Shown here in pieces: positions 21,121-31,050 of a stretch of 64,000 bases of DNA (position 1 is the first letter of the stretch; the number at the start of each line of letters is the position of its first letter). The position numbers and the translations under genes are program-made. The notes beneath the pieces were generated by a model, which did not search any database, was not told where the DNA came from, and saw nothing but the letters and a program-made list of their open reading frames with translations. The DNA is from Phycisphaerae bacterium (GTDB lineage Bacteria > Planctomycetota > Phycisphaerae > UBA1845). The stretch is taken from NCBI GenBank assembly GCA_963666835.2, contig CAXXGO010000006.1, positions 1,664,001-1,728,000 on the forward strand, written 5' to 3'.

Positions 21121-21495
21121 ACGTTCCGCCCGGGCGTCAGAGGGCGGACCCCGATATGTGTGTCGGCAGGTTATCGGGTCAGCGTTGGCACCGGATGGGG
21201 GAATGTTCGCCGTTCGAGTGGCGAAGACCCCGCAAGCGACGAGTCAGTCCGGGCGGGCCCACGACGGCTGATTGCCTTAACCCTTAGTGTGGTCGATGGT
21301 TACGCTTGTTGGCGTCAAGATGAGGGCTGTACCGGCCGGCCGACCGCACTGGATGGGGTACGTCGCGGCGGGGCGGTGTACACTCTGCAGTCAAGCAGAC
21401 GCTGGTGCCTGGTCCGATGATGGACCGACATGGTACATGACGCAGCATTCGGAGCGGACACGCGGTAATCAAGCGGTATTCAGGTCCCATGGAGG

Positions 21496-23226
21496 ATGAG
21501 GGTGGTTACGATGTACGGACGGCAACGACTCAGTTTGACCATTGTTCTTGCGGGGCTGGCCCAATGCGGGGGATGCCGCGACGAGGGGCCCGTGGCACGG
21601 TCGGATTCCGCTCGAGCGGTGGCGGTGGTTCGGCTGGAGCGGCTGGATCCCGTTCGCTCCGAGTTGTTCCGGAAGGCACGCCTTACAGGATCGGTAGAAC
21701 CCTGGAAACAGGAGCACGTCGGTTTTGAGGTTGGCGGACGGGTCGAGTGGATGGTCGAGGAGGGTACGGCCGTTGGATCGCTCGCGGTCGACGAGGCGGG
21801 GGGCCGCGAGGTTGAAAGCGACGTTATTGCCCGGATTGGCCGGCGTAGTCACGAGTACGCCAGGGACGCGGCCAAGGCGGAGAAACTGGCTGTTGAGGCT
21901 CGGGCGGTTGCTCTCCAGAAGGAAATCGAGAGCGTTATAACCGCGCAGCGTCGCCAGGCTATTGCCGAACGCGATCACGCGGAACGCGAGGCGGACCGGG
22001 TACGCCGGTTGTTCGATGCCGGCAACGAACACGAACGTGAGCTGGATCGCGTAACGACCGTTTTCAAGACCGCTCAAGCTGCGGTGGAGCAGATTGAGGC
22101 TCTCCGGCTAGCCAAGGAGGCCGAACTTGCCGCATTGCGGGCCCAAGTCCAGCAGGCCGGAGAAGGGGTTCGGCAGGCTGAACTCAATCTCGAACACACC
22201 GTGCTCCGCACGCCTTTCTCCGGGGTTGTTTCGGCTCTCAACGTAATCCCCGGAGCGGTAGTCGCGGCCGGACAGCCCGTAGCCACCGTAGTCATGATGG
22301 ATCCGATCAAGATCGAGCTAGCGGTCTCGCCGGAAACAGACCGGCAGATTCAAGAGCTTGATGAGGTGTGGGTCTATCCGCCGGGCCGGTCTGAGCCGAT
22401 CCGGGGCCGGGTGTACATAAAGAGCACGGTCGCCGACCCCCAGACTCGCACCTTCAAGGTGTCGATCATGGTGCGTAATCGCTGGGTAGTCGCGGACGAA
22501 GCGGCCGAGCCGGGCTTTGGTCTTCTCCCGAGAATCAAAGAGGTCTATCCGGCTCAGCCGTTGGTCGTCGGCCGGCGCGGGCCGCTGTATGTCGAGGAGA
22601 GGTGCTTATACACGGACGATGAGGGCAGCTACGTTTGGCGCGTTGTGGAGCGCGAGGCCCCGGGTGCGAGTGGTCGATTGGCACAGAAGTTACGCCTGCA
22701 CAAGGTGCGGGTGGTCCCGGGTGACGATACCGTTGATTTCGTCGGCTTGTTCAAATACCGCATTCTTAAGGACGCTGGGGAGTTGGCCGACGGAGGCGAT
22801 TCGGTTTTTGTTGACCCGATGGCGGAGCCGGCGTTGCTGGCCGCGGGGGTGCCCGAGGGCGTCGGTGAAGGCGACTTCGTGGCGAAGACCCGTGAGCGCT
22901 GGTTGTTCCATCCCGGTGATCTCGCCGAGGTCGTAATCCCCCGACGGAATCTCGGTCCGGGTTTCTATGTGCCGATGCAGGCGATCTTGACGGACCGCAC
23001 GGAACACCACGTTTTCGTGGTCGAGCCGGGCGGCTCGGGCGATCACCGGGTGCGTAAGGTCCCGGTAGAGCTGTCCGGCAACGTGGGGGAGCTCTGGGGC
23101 ATCCGGGCAGCCGACCCGGAGGAGAGTCTCTTAAGCGAAGGCACGCTGGTGGTTCTAAGCGGCGCTCATTATTTGCTGCCGGGCGAGAGAGTCGAGATCG
23201 TCGAGTCTGACGGGGGGCAACGATGA
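21496..23226 (+). CDS. RND efflux periplasmic adaptor (membrane fusion protein)
   Basis: VGFEVGGRV, coiled hairpin, LRTPFSGVV, ADPQTRTF, VLSGAHYL.PGE.V. Confidence 0.88.
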   Translation: MRVVTMYGRQRLSLTIVLAGLAQCGGCRDEGPVARSDSARAVAVVRLERLDPVRSELFRKARLTGSVEPWKQEHVGFEVGGRVEWMVEEGTAVGSLAVDEAGGREVESDVIARIGRRSHEYARDAAKAEKLAVEARAVALQKEIESVITAQRRQAIAERDHAEREADRVRRLFDAGNEHERELDRVTTVFKTAQAAVEQIEALRLAKEAELAALRAQVQQAGEGVRQAELNLEHTVLRTPFSGVVSALNVIPGAVVAAGQPVATVVMMDPIKIELAVSPETDRQIQELDEVWVYPPGRSEPIRGRVYIKSTVADPQTRTFKVSIMVRNRWVVADEAAEPGFGLLPRIKEVYPAQPLVVGRRGPLYVEERCLYTDDEGSYVWRVVEREAPGASGRLAQKLRLHKVRVVPGDDTVDFVGLFKYRILKDAGELADGGDSVFVDPMAEPALLAAGVPEGVGEGDFVAKTRERWLFHPGDLAEVVIPRRNLGPGFYVPMQAILTDRTEHHVFVVEPGGSGDHRVRKVPVELSGNVGELWGIRAADPEESLLSEGTLVVLSGAHYLLPGERVEIVESDGGQR

Positions 23227-26200
23227 ACCTCCCGCGATTCGCTATCACTCATCCCTCGGTCGTCGTCATGGCCGCGCTCCTTACATCGGCGTGGGGCGTG
23301 GTGGCGTTCTTGACCGCTCCGCGTAGTGAAGATCCGGAGTTCGCGATTCGCACGTGTACGATCGCGACGTGCTGGCCGGGAGCGACCGCGGAGAAGGTCG
23401 AACAGCTCATCACTGATCCGATCGAGACGATCGTAGACACGCTTGACGAAGTTGACAAAGTCCGTTCCACGACAACGGTCGGCCAGTCGGTTGTCTTTGT
23501 TGATTTGGAGGACGACACGGAGGATGTGGATGCGGTGTGGGACAAGCTCCGCGCTAAGGTCGTTCAAGTTCGTGCCGAACTGCCCCAGGGAGCGGATGCG
23601 CCGTTTGTGAACACGGATTTCGCGGATACCGCCGCCATGCTCCTGGCGGTCTATCAGGTGCCGCCGCCAGGTCGCAGCGATATCATCCGGGCCTATACGC
23701 CGCGTGAAATGGAGATCATCGCCGAGCGTTTGCAGGACGAGCTGGAGCTGCTGCCGGCGGTTGCCCGGGTCGATCTGTTCGGGGTTCAGGATGAGGTCAT
23801 TTACCTGGAGACCGATGCCGGCAGTTGGAGTCAACTGCACCTGACCAGTGGTGACCTTCGCGGTCTGCTGCAGGCGCGCAATATTGTGGCTCCGGGGGGG
23901 AGCATCGATACGATCGAAGGGCGCTACGGGGTCAGGATCGGCGGGGAGTTGTTGGAGGCGTCCGAGATCGACGGAATCGTCGTGGGAGCCCACGGCGATC
24001 GGGCCCCCGTGCTTCTGCGCGATCTCGGGCTCAGCGTCAACCGGGACTACCTGGATCCACCCCGGAGAATCACGCGATTACGTACGCGGGATATGAATAA
24101 GTCGGCGCCCTGCGTCATCGTGTCGTTCACGATGAAAAAGGGCGGAAAGATGACCGATCTGGGGGACGACGCCCGGGCGCTGATCGCCCGGGCGGAGCAG
24201 ACCTTCCTGCCGGGTGACATAAAAGTGGCAGTAGTCTCGGACCAGCCGCGCCAGGTCCAACAGTCCATCTCGGTCTTCCTGCGAAATCTCGCCCAGGCCG
24301 TGACCTTGGTGATTCTGGTGGCTTACGCCTTGATCGGATTCCGAATCGCCGTCGTCATGGCCGCGGCAATCCCGATGACGATGTTGACGGCGATCGGCAT
24401 CTCCCGGATGTTCGGCGTGCAGATCGAGACCATCTCCATTGCTTCATTAATTATTGCCTTGGGGATGCTGGTGGATTGCGCCGTGGAGGTTTGCGACAAC
24501 GTCCATCGTTTTCAGCGGGAGGGGCACAGACGGTTCGACGCCACGGTCAAAGGGGCCCAACAGGTGGCCGTTCCGGTCCTCATGGGAGTGCTCACCAGCG
24601 CCTTCGCCTTCCTGCCGATGCTCACGCTGCCCGGCGCACAGGGCGAGTTTCTCTACAGTCTGCCGGTCGTGGTCTCGACGACGCTGTTGAGCAGTTGGGT
24701 ATTGGCGTTTTCGATGATTGCGCTTATGGCTTACGCTTTCGTGCGGCCGAGTCGACACGCGGCCCCTCTTGCCCGGGCACTGGGGCTGTTGGGAAAGCTC
24801 CGGCGTCGACGAGGAGAAGCGTCTGCCAAGCGGAATCAGGCGGAGTCGTCGTTGGCGAGGGTCTACGATCGGCTGGTCCGGCCGGCCATCCGGTTCAGGT
24901 TGATCACACTAGGTGGGACGGCCGGGCTGTTTGTACTGGCGGTGTCGTTGGTGGTGACGGGGAGGATCCCAACCCAGTACTTTCCGGATACCCGGCGCGA
25001 TCAGTTTGTTGTGGACATCTTCTTACCGGAAGGAAGACCGATCGGGGCAACGGATCGGGTTGCCGAGCAGGTCGAGCGGCTCCTCTTGGAGCTGGACCAC
25101 GGCCGGTCGTCGTCGGCAGAGCATTCGTGCCGGTTGGATAATCTGGTCACTTTCGTAGGCGAGGGGAGCCCCCGTTTCTTCTTGAGCCTGGAGCCCGAGC
25201 AGCCGGCCGGAAATTATGCCATGATTCTGGTCAACACTACGTCCCCGGATGTTGTGGACGAATACATGGCAGATCTGCGCGAAGCGGCGTTCTGCAAAGT
25301 ACCGGGGGCGCGAGTCGTCCCTCGCAAGCTCTCCAAAGGACCGCCGGTGAAGGCTCCGGTGGCTATCCGCGTGGTTGGTGAAGATCCTCCGATACTCCGC
25401 GCGATAGCCGGGCAAGTTGAGGCGGCGTTACGCGAGACCGGTAAGGCGTGGGATGTCCATGACAGTTGGGGCTCGTTTGGGTATCAGGTTTTCGTGGATC
25501 CGGATGAGAGCCAGGCCAAGCTTTCCGGAGTCACCCAGGCTTCGATTGCCCAGACCACGAACGCGTACTTCTCCGGTCACTATCTGACCACATTCCGCGA
25601 GGGAGATCATCAGATTCCGGTCTATCTTCGCCTTCCGGCCGAGCAACGGTCGATAGAAGGAGTCGGTGCACTCTACGTTGAAGGGCAGTTCGGCAAGGTC
25701 CCGCTGGATTCGGTGGCGAGCGTCCGGAAGGAATGGGTCCCGGCCAAGATCGAGCGGTACAAGAAGCAGCGTTGCGTGGAGGTTCGGGCTCGGGCGACGG
25801 ATAGAGTGCTGCCTAACGCGGTTTTGAGGGAAGCCCGTCCGGCCATTCAAGGCATTGCTGCGACATTGCCGCCCGGCTATCGCATAGAAATCGGCGGCGA
25901 GCAAGCTGAGACCACCGATTCCCAAACCGACATCGGGCGCGCCTTCGGGATCGCCGCGTTACTGATTGTGATGTGCCTGGTGGTGCAGTTCAATTCAGTG
26001 GTCAAACCGCTGCTCGTGTTGTCTACCGTTCCAATCGGGGTGACCTGGGCCGTGTTCGGTCTCTTCGTCACGGATACGCCGTTAGGCTTCATGGCGAACC
26101 TGGGGATGCTGTCGTTGGTCGGGGTCGTAATCAACGGCGCGATTGTCCTTATCGAGTTCGTGCAGATTCGTAATCGCGAAAAGCTCGATGATCCGGCCGC

Positions 26201-26495
26201 CTGCCCGAGAGAAGGCGCGCGGGCGTACAGTGGCCTGACGCGAGAGGCTTTTCGGGATTGCGTGGTGGAATCCGCAAAGCTGCGGATTATCCCGTTATCC
26301 CTGACGACGCTGACCACCGTGGGGGGGCTGGTGCCGCTGGCCCTGTTCGGCGGTCCGATGTGGGTGCCATTGGCTACGGTAATCATCTTCGGGTTACTGT
26401 GTGGCACGTATATGACACTGCTGGTCCTGCCTGCGCTGATAGTGTTATTCGTGGAACGCCTGCATGTAAGCTTCGTGTCAGCTCCGCCCGGATGA
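23223..26495 (+). CDS. RND efflux transporter permease (AcrB-like)
   Basis: PRSEDPEF, WPGATAEKVEQLIT, ALGMLVD, GVVINGAIVL, LTTLTTVGGLVPL; 1090 aa. Confidence 0.93.
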   Translation: MNLPRFAITHPSVVVMAALLTSAWGVVAFLTAPRSEDPEFAIRTCTIATCWPGATAEKVEQLITDPIETIVDTLDEVDKVRSTTTVGQSVVFVDLEDDTEDVDAVWDKLRAKVVQVRAELPQGADAPFVNTDFADTAAMLLAVYQVPPPGRSDIIRAYTPREMEIIAERLQDELELLPAVARVDLFGVQDEVIYLETDAGSWSQLHLTSGDLRGLLQARNIVAPGGSIDTIEGRYGVRIGGELLEASEIDGIVVGAHGDRAPVLLRDLGLSVNRDYLDPPRRITRLRTRDMNKSAPCVIVSFTMKKGGKMTDLGDDARALIARAEQTFLPGDIKVAVVSDQPRQVQQSISVFLRNLAQAVTLVILVAYALIGFRIAVVMAAAIPMTMLTAIGISRMFGVQIETISIASLIIALGMLVDCAVEVCDNVHRFQREGHRRFDATVKGAQQVAVPVLMGVLTSAFAFLPMLTLPGAQGEFLYSLPVVVSTTLLSSWVLAFSMIALMAYAFVRPSRHAAPLARALGLLGKLRRRRGEASAKRNQAESSLARVYDRLVRPAIRFRLITLGGTAGLFVLAVSLVVTGRIPTQYFPDTRRDQFVVDIFLPEGRPIGATDRVAEQVERLLLELDHGRSSSAEHSCRLDNLVTFVGEGSPRFFLSLEPEQPAGNYAMILVNTTSPDVVDEYMADLREAAFCKVPGARVVPRKLSKGPPVKAPVAIRVVGEDPPILRAIAGQVEAALRETGKAWDVHDSWGSFGYQVFVDPDESQAKLSGVTQASIAQTTNAYFSGHYLTTFREGDHQIPVYLRLPAEQRSIEGVGALYVEGQFGKVPLDSVASVRKEWVPAKIERYKKQRCVEVRARATDRVLPNAVLREARPAIQGIAATLPPGYRIEIGGEQAETTDSQTDIGRAFGIAALLIVMCLVVQFNSVVKPLLVLSTVPIGVTWAVFGLFVTDTPLGFMANLGMLSLVGVVINGAIVLIEFVQIRNREKLDDPAACPREGARAYSGLTREAFRDCVVESAKLRIIPLSLTTLTTVGGLVPLALFGGPMWVPLATVIIFGLLCGTYMTLLVLPALIVLFVERLHVSFVSAPPG

Positions 26496-26591
26496 CAGTG
26501 CTCTGCCCCAGTCTCCGGTTGCGTAACGCAGGCATCCTGCCTGCAATATCGCGCACAACGCACAGAGTGGGGCGAGTTCCCCACCTATTCT

Positions 26592-26700
26592 GACATGCTC
26601 TTGCCATACGTGTGGCCACGCCAGTGGGTTTGCGTGGCGCCGAGGGTCGTCAAAAAGACACTGGGCAGCGTGCCCAGTGCGATCACGGCACGGATAACTG
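26592..26700. repeat. Direct repeat A (about 110 bp), diverged copy of 27961-28068
   Basis: Shared core TGTGGC(C/T)ACGCCAGTG(G/T)GTTTGCGTGGCGCCGAGGGTC...GCGATCACG. Confidence 0.85.
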
Positions 26701-27020
26701 CCAAACAGGCAGAGTCGCCGTGCTCTCTGCCAGATCGGCAGGCACATTGAACCGTCATAGCCGCCTGACGCCCAACAACTTCTGCGGATTCCTATCATAA
26801 ACGGACTATCTGAGGTCAGTTAAGGAGTTGCATCATCCTGCGCTCTTGCCTGGCGCAGTATGTGCTTACAGTGAAGATGAAGGAACCGGGACGATGATTG
26901 CTTGGCGTTTCATTGTCGCGTAGGTCGCTTCGTTCACGGATCGACCTACGACTGCGGGCCCAGGCTTCCGAGGCGACGCTTTCGGCAAACATGCACTGAA
27001 CTCGTTGGGATGACGAGGAT

Positions 27021-27962
27021 TTGTGTCTCAAGGATGAGGTGAGTCTAATGATCAGAACGATGTCAGAGCTACCCGATGGATATTGGAGGAACGAAACCGC
27101 CTGCCGGTTACTCGACAAGCACTATGCCAAACACATGGTTGCACTGTTGGTCGTGTACAAGAGCGACAAGACCACGGGCGAAGCACTCTACAGCGGTTTC
27201 CTTTACCGGCATCAGGGCATTCCATTGTGGATGACGGCGGGGCATGTCTTATCTGAATTGGATCGCCTCCGGGAGACCGGTGTTGATATCATCAAGGCGG
27301 AGTGGCTTGATCTGCAGGACGATGGTTCAGGACACGGCATTCCGGTCGATATCAGGGATCTTTGTTATCTTCAGCTGGATCATCAGGGCGTGGATTTCGG
27401 GTTTGTTTTCCTTCGTCCCCACTACGAGGCACTGTTCATGAGCCTTGCAGGGAAAGCGTTCTTAGACCAGGGCGGCTACTACCGCAGGGAAAACGCGAAA
27501 CCGGAAGGCTTTCACCTAATCGGCTTCCCGTCCGAACGGTGCGAGGTAACAGAGAGAATCGCTGGAGAACTCGCTGAACGCTCATTAAGTGCGCCCCTCT
27601 ACTGCCTCCCACTTGAGCGAATCCCAGATCGGCGTGGGGATGTACCCACAACTTTCTGGGGATGTGACGGCTGCTTTTACTTTCGGATGATGCCGTTCGA
27701 TATGGAGTTGACCCCACCCCCCAACGAGATCAAGGGAATGAGCGGAGGTCCGATCGTATCGACTGAGCGTACTCCGCAAGGGAGCCTCAAGTACTATCTC
27801 TTCGGCATTCAGAGCAGTTGGCTGCCGCGGCGACGCATAATCCGGGCAACCGACATGAGGATCGTTGGAGATATCATTGACGAGTTCTTCATGAGAATGC
27901 GCGAGGAGGCACACCTAACGAATCCGCCGAAAGAGGATGAGCCCACCGGACCGTCACCGTGA
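27021..27962 (+). CDS. Trypsin-like serine protease domain protein
   Basis: MTAGHV (His), DFGFV (Asp), GMSGGPI (Ser); visibly lower GC than neighbours; start may be 27048 or 27060. Confidence 0.7.
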   Translation: MCLKDEVSLMIRTMSELPDGYWRNETACRLLDKHYAKHMVALLVVYKSDKTTGEALYSGFLYRHQGIPLWMTAGHVLSELDRLRETGVDIIKAEWLDLQDDGSGHGIPVDIRDLCYLQLDHQGVDFGFVFLRPHYEALFMSLAGKAFLDQGGYYRRENAKPEGFHLIGFPSERCEVTERIAGELAERSLSAPLYCLPLERIPDRRGDVPTTFWGCDGCFYFRMMPFDMELTPPPNEIKGMSGGPIVSTERTPQGSLKYYLFGIQSSWLPRRRIIRATDMRIVGDIIDEFFMRMREEAHLTNPPKEDEPTGPSP

Positions 27963-28068
27963 CACGTTCTTGCCGTATGTGGCTACGCCAGTGTGTTTGC
28001 GTGGCGCCGAGGGTCTTCAAGAGGGTGATGGCCAGCATGCCTGGGGCGATCACGCCGGCGATCACATA
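27961..28068. repeat. Direct repeat B (copy of 26592-26700)
   Basis: Begins at the protease stop codon TGA. Confidence 0.85.
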
Positions 28069-28294
28069 CTTGAGTCCATGAAAGGGGTCGGGAGTCTTTG
28101 TTTTGTGCGGCGACTGGTGGGCGCAAAAGAGAGAGGCCCCGAGGGGGGACCGTGATAACACGGTCCCCCTCAGCTTCTGCCCCGTCTCCTCTCCTCCCCT
28201 GCAAGCAAGAGGACGTAGGAGTTGCCTGCACCCGCAACTGATTCGGCTAAGCCCGGTTCCCGCCGGGGGGGGGGCGCCGAAGCGCCGTCCTCCT

Positions 28295-30679
28295 TTACGG
28301 GCAATCGGCCGGATCGATAAACGGATACGGGGCCCCTTTGAAACCATCGACGACGCGCTGCACGTCGGTCATGTTCAAAACCGCGTTCGGCGACTCGCCG
28401 TCGACATCCACCCACGTCAAAGGCGGGGCCGTCGGGGCTGCGGAGAACAACTGCAGTGTCGCCATTACGTCATTCATGTTGACTACGCCGTTGGGCGCCT
28501 CCCACGAGCCGCCGAAATCTCCCACACAATCGGCCCAATACTTCGGGGCCGGCTGGGCAATAGTCGCAACGGTCAGAGGATTGAGGAAAATACTCCCATC
28601 GATCGTCGTCTGAATCTCATACTCCGCGGCCGGGACTATCTCGCAATCACCGACGTGAACTACGTCAGGCCAAGCATCGCTGAAATATGGCTCGTCCACG
28701 ATCCGGGAAATATCATCTGCGGAGGGCTCGCCGACCCAACCCAACACCGCTGTCGAACCCGGGAAGAAGGTTACGGCCGTGAGTTCCACCTGAAAGGCCA
28801 CGTTCCCCGCGCAGTTCGGATCGAACGAAATATAGCGGTTCTTCGGCGCGTCGTGCGGAGGAGCCGCCGGCGCCGCGGCCTGCACGTGGTACTCGGTCTC
28901 GGTGGCCGCGGTCCGCAGGATCCACTCGTCCGGGTCAAACTGCAGGCTCGTGGCCGGGGCGCTAGTGGCAATCGCGAAGGTCTGCGTGGCCTGGTCGTTC
29001 CAAACCGTAAACGTCTCCGGGACTCCCCCGACGGTGGCGACCAGATCGACCGGCATGGTGAACACCTCCGGATAGCTGGGACTCTGGACCTGCTTAATCT
29101 GAACGAAGAGGTAATCCTGGCCGGCGATACTGCTCGTGTCCCAGCCATACTCGTAAGCCGGGGCTCCGATCTGGTAAACCCACTGGTCGAAGAACCAAGT
29201 AAGATCGTCGCCGTGAACGGCGGAAGCCACGGCGACGAACTCGTCGGTGGTAACTGCCGAGTATTCGTAGGCCGCCCGATATTGCGTGAACATGTCGAAG
29301 AACGCGGCGTCACCCATCACGTGGCGGAGTTGGTGCAAGACCCAGGAAGCTTTGTCGTAGCTATAGGTGCTATTGAAGATCCGACTTACGGTAAGGTGCC
29401 CCGGGTAGACGTAGACCGAGTCTGAAACGCTGCTGGGCTTCCTGCTTTGAACTTGGGCGAAGTAAGCGGTCGGATTCGGGGTGCCCGTCTTGAACTCCTC
29501 CCATAGGGCCTCAGAATAGGACGCGAAGCCCTCGTTAAGCCACACGTCGCTCCAGGTTTTGCAGGTGATCATGTCTCCCCACCATTGGTGGGAGAGTTCG
29601 TGAGCCGTGAGAATCTCGCCGAAGCCTCCCTGCCCGGTCATCGTCTGGTGTTCCATACCGCCGCCGAAGGGCAGGTTGTAGATACCGTATTTCTCGTCGA
29701 TGAACGGGTACTCTCCGTAGAGCGTCGTGAACACGTCCAGCATGTCCAACACTTGACCCCATGCGTTGCGGTTGGCCGTGTTGTCGTACGCGGGGTAGAT
29801 GTAGAACTCGACGGGCATGGTCCCGCCGGGGTGAACGTAGTCGAGCGTCCAGGTGTTATACTCGCTCATCGCGAAGCAGATCAGATACGTGGAGATGGGG
29901 TAATCCGTCGCCCAGTTGTACTTCGCCCGATCTCCGGAGAGCGAGTCTACGCTCTGCAAAGTGCCGGTCGCCGGCACCGTGTAGTTCGACGGGACCGTGA
30001 TGGAGAAGTCCAGCGTGGCCTTGTCGGAATTATCGCCCGGTTCCTGGACGTCACCGTCTTTGGCCGGCCACCAAGTGTGGGCGTAGTACGGGCAACTCAA
30101 CGATGACACGACGGGACCTCCGCCGCCCGGCTGGTTCGCCACGACGAACGAGCCGAACCCGAGCGAAACGGGAGTGCCGTTATACTCAAGCGTTAGCGTG
30201 AATTCCTCGTTAAGCCCATAGGTCCGGTCGAGCACGACGCGTCGAGTCGACGCACTCTCCGTCGTAACTGTTGCCGCAGTTGTGTCATTCAGGAACGCCC
30301 CGGTGATGGTAAACGTATCCCGCAATCGGAATGTGAACTCCGTCAGGCTCGCCGAGAGGCTCCGGATGGTCATGCGATTGGTGCCGGTGACCGTGCAGTT
30401 GTGGGCCACCGTATCGACGTCGGTTACCTCTATGTCCAACTCGTAGTGCAGAATGTCGGTCTCATCGAGGGACTCTCTCGAAGCCCGGGTACTAGGCGGA
30501 GCCGGCTCTTCGATGACCCTTCCGTCGAGTACCGCCCGTTCCTTGCCCGTTCGCAGAGCTGCATCAGCGTCGTAGGGCTGGCGAGCCGAGACTCCCTCGC
30601 CCATCAACCCGAACCCGACTGCCGCGACCACCAGCCAACCGGCATGTATCATTCCGAAGACAGCAACGCTGCACCTCAT
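28295..30679 (-). CDS. Secreted M1-family zinc aminopeptidase with C-terminal dockerin-like domain
   Basis: GGMEH, HELSHQWWG...WLNEGFASY; C-terminal PNGVVNMNDV / PNAVLNMTDV duplicated Ca-loop; RBS AGGAGG. Confidence 0.88.
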   Translation of the reverse strand: MRCSVAVFGMIHAGWLVVAAVGFGLMGEGVSARQPYDADAALRTGKERAVLDGRVIEEPAPPSTRASRESLDETDILHYELDIEVTDVDTVAHNCTVTGTNRMTIRSLSASLTEFTFRLRDTFTITGAFLNDTTAATVTTESASTRRVVLDRTYGLNEEFTLTLEYNGTPVSLGFGSFVVANQPGGGGPVVSSLSCPYYAHTWWPAKDGDVQEPGDNSDKATLDFSITVPSNYTVPATGTLQSVDSLSGDRAKYNWATDYPISTYLICFAMSEYNTWTLDYVHPGGTMPVEFYIYPAYDNTANRNAWGQVLDMLDVFTTLYGEYPFIDEKYGIYNLPFGGGMEHQTMTGQGGFGEILTAHELSHQWWGDMITCKTWSDVWLNEGFASYSEALWEEFKTGTPNPTAYFAQVQSRKPSSVSDSVYVYPGHLTVSRIFNSTYSYDKASWVLHQLRHVMGDAAFFDMFTQYRAAYEYSAVTTDEFVAVASAVHGDDLTWFFDQWVYQIGAPAYEYGWDTSSIAGQDYLFVQIKQVQSPSYPEVFTMPVDLVATVGGVPETFTVWNDQATQTFAIATSAPATSLQFDPDEWILRTAATETEYHVQAAAPAAPPHDAPKNRYISFDPNCAGNVAFQVELTAVTFFPGSTAVLGWVGEPSADDISRIVDEPYFSDAWPDVVHVGDCEIVPAAEYEIQTTIDGSIFLNPLTVATIAQPAPKYWADCVGDFGGSWEAPNGVVNMNDVMATLQLFSAAPTAPPLTWVDVDGESPNAVLNMTDVQRVVDGFKGAPYPFIDPADCP

Positions 30680-31050
30680 CGCATCCTCCTGCCTTGCGCA
30701 TTGCGAACTCGAACGATCGATCACCGCCGCCAGAGCCCGAGAACCACCCTCTGACCGCAATGTCATATAACCCGAACTGAAGATTGTCGGGTGAGCGTTT
30801 AGACCGCCCGATCCTGCGCGAACCTCGATTATAGGAAACTCCCCCTCCTCAAGGAAAGGTTTTTCTTGAGAACGGCAGCCTGTTTGCGAGAATCTCCGGA
30901 GCCCGCTTTCGCGAGTTTCCCCGAATCCGACGTGTGGCCGCGAAGGTCGGTTGGTCTCAGTCGGGGCGGCCAACCGATAAGGAAGCGGTGGGGGTGAGGG
31001 ACGGCGTAGTGCCGTCTCCGCGCCCTGATAACCTGTTCAGAGAGCTGGAT

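Noticed and set aside
26770..26826. Integron attC site (GCCCAAC...GTTAAGG)
   Set aside because: Internal complementarity is poor, R' is imperfect and there is no integron integrase
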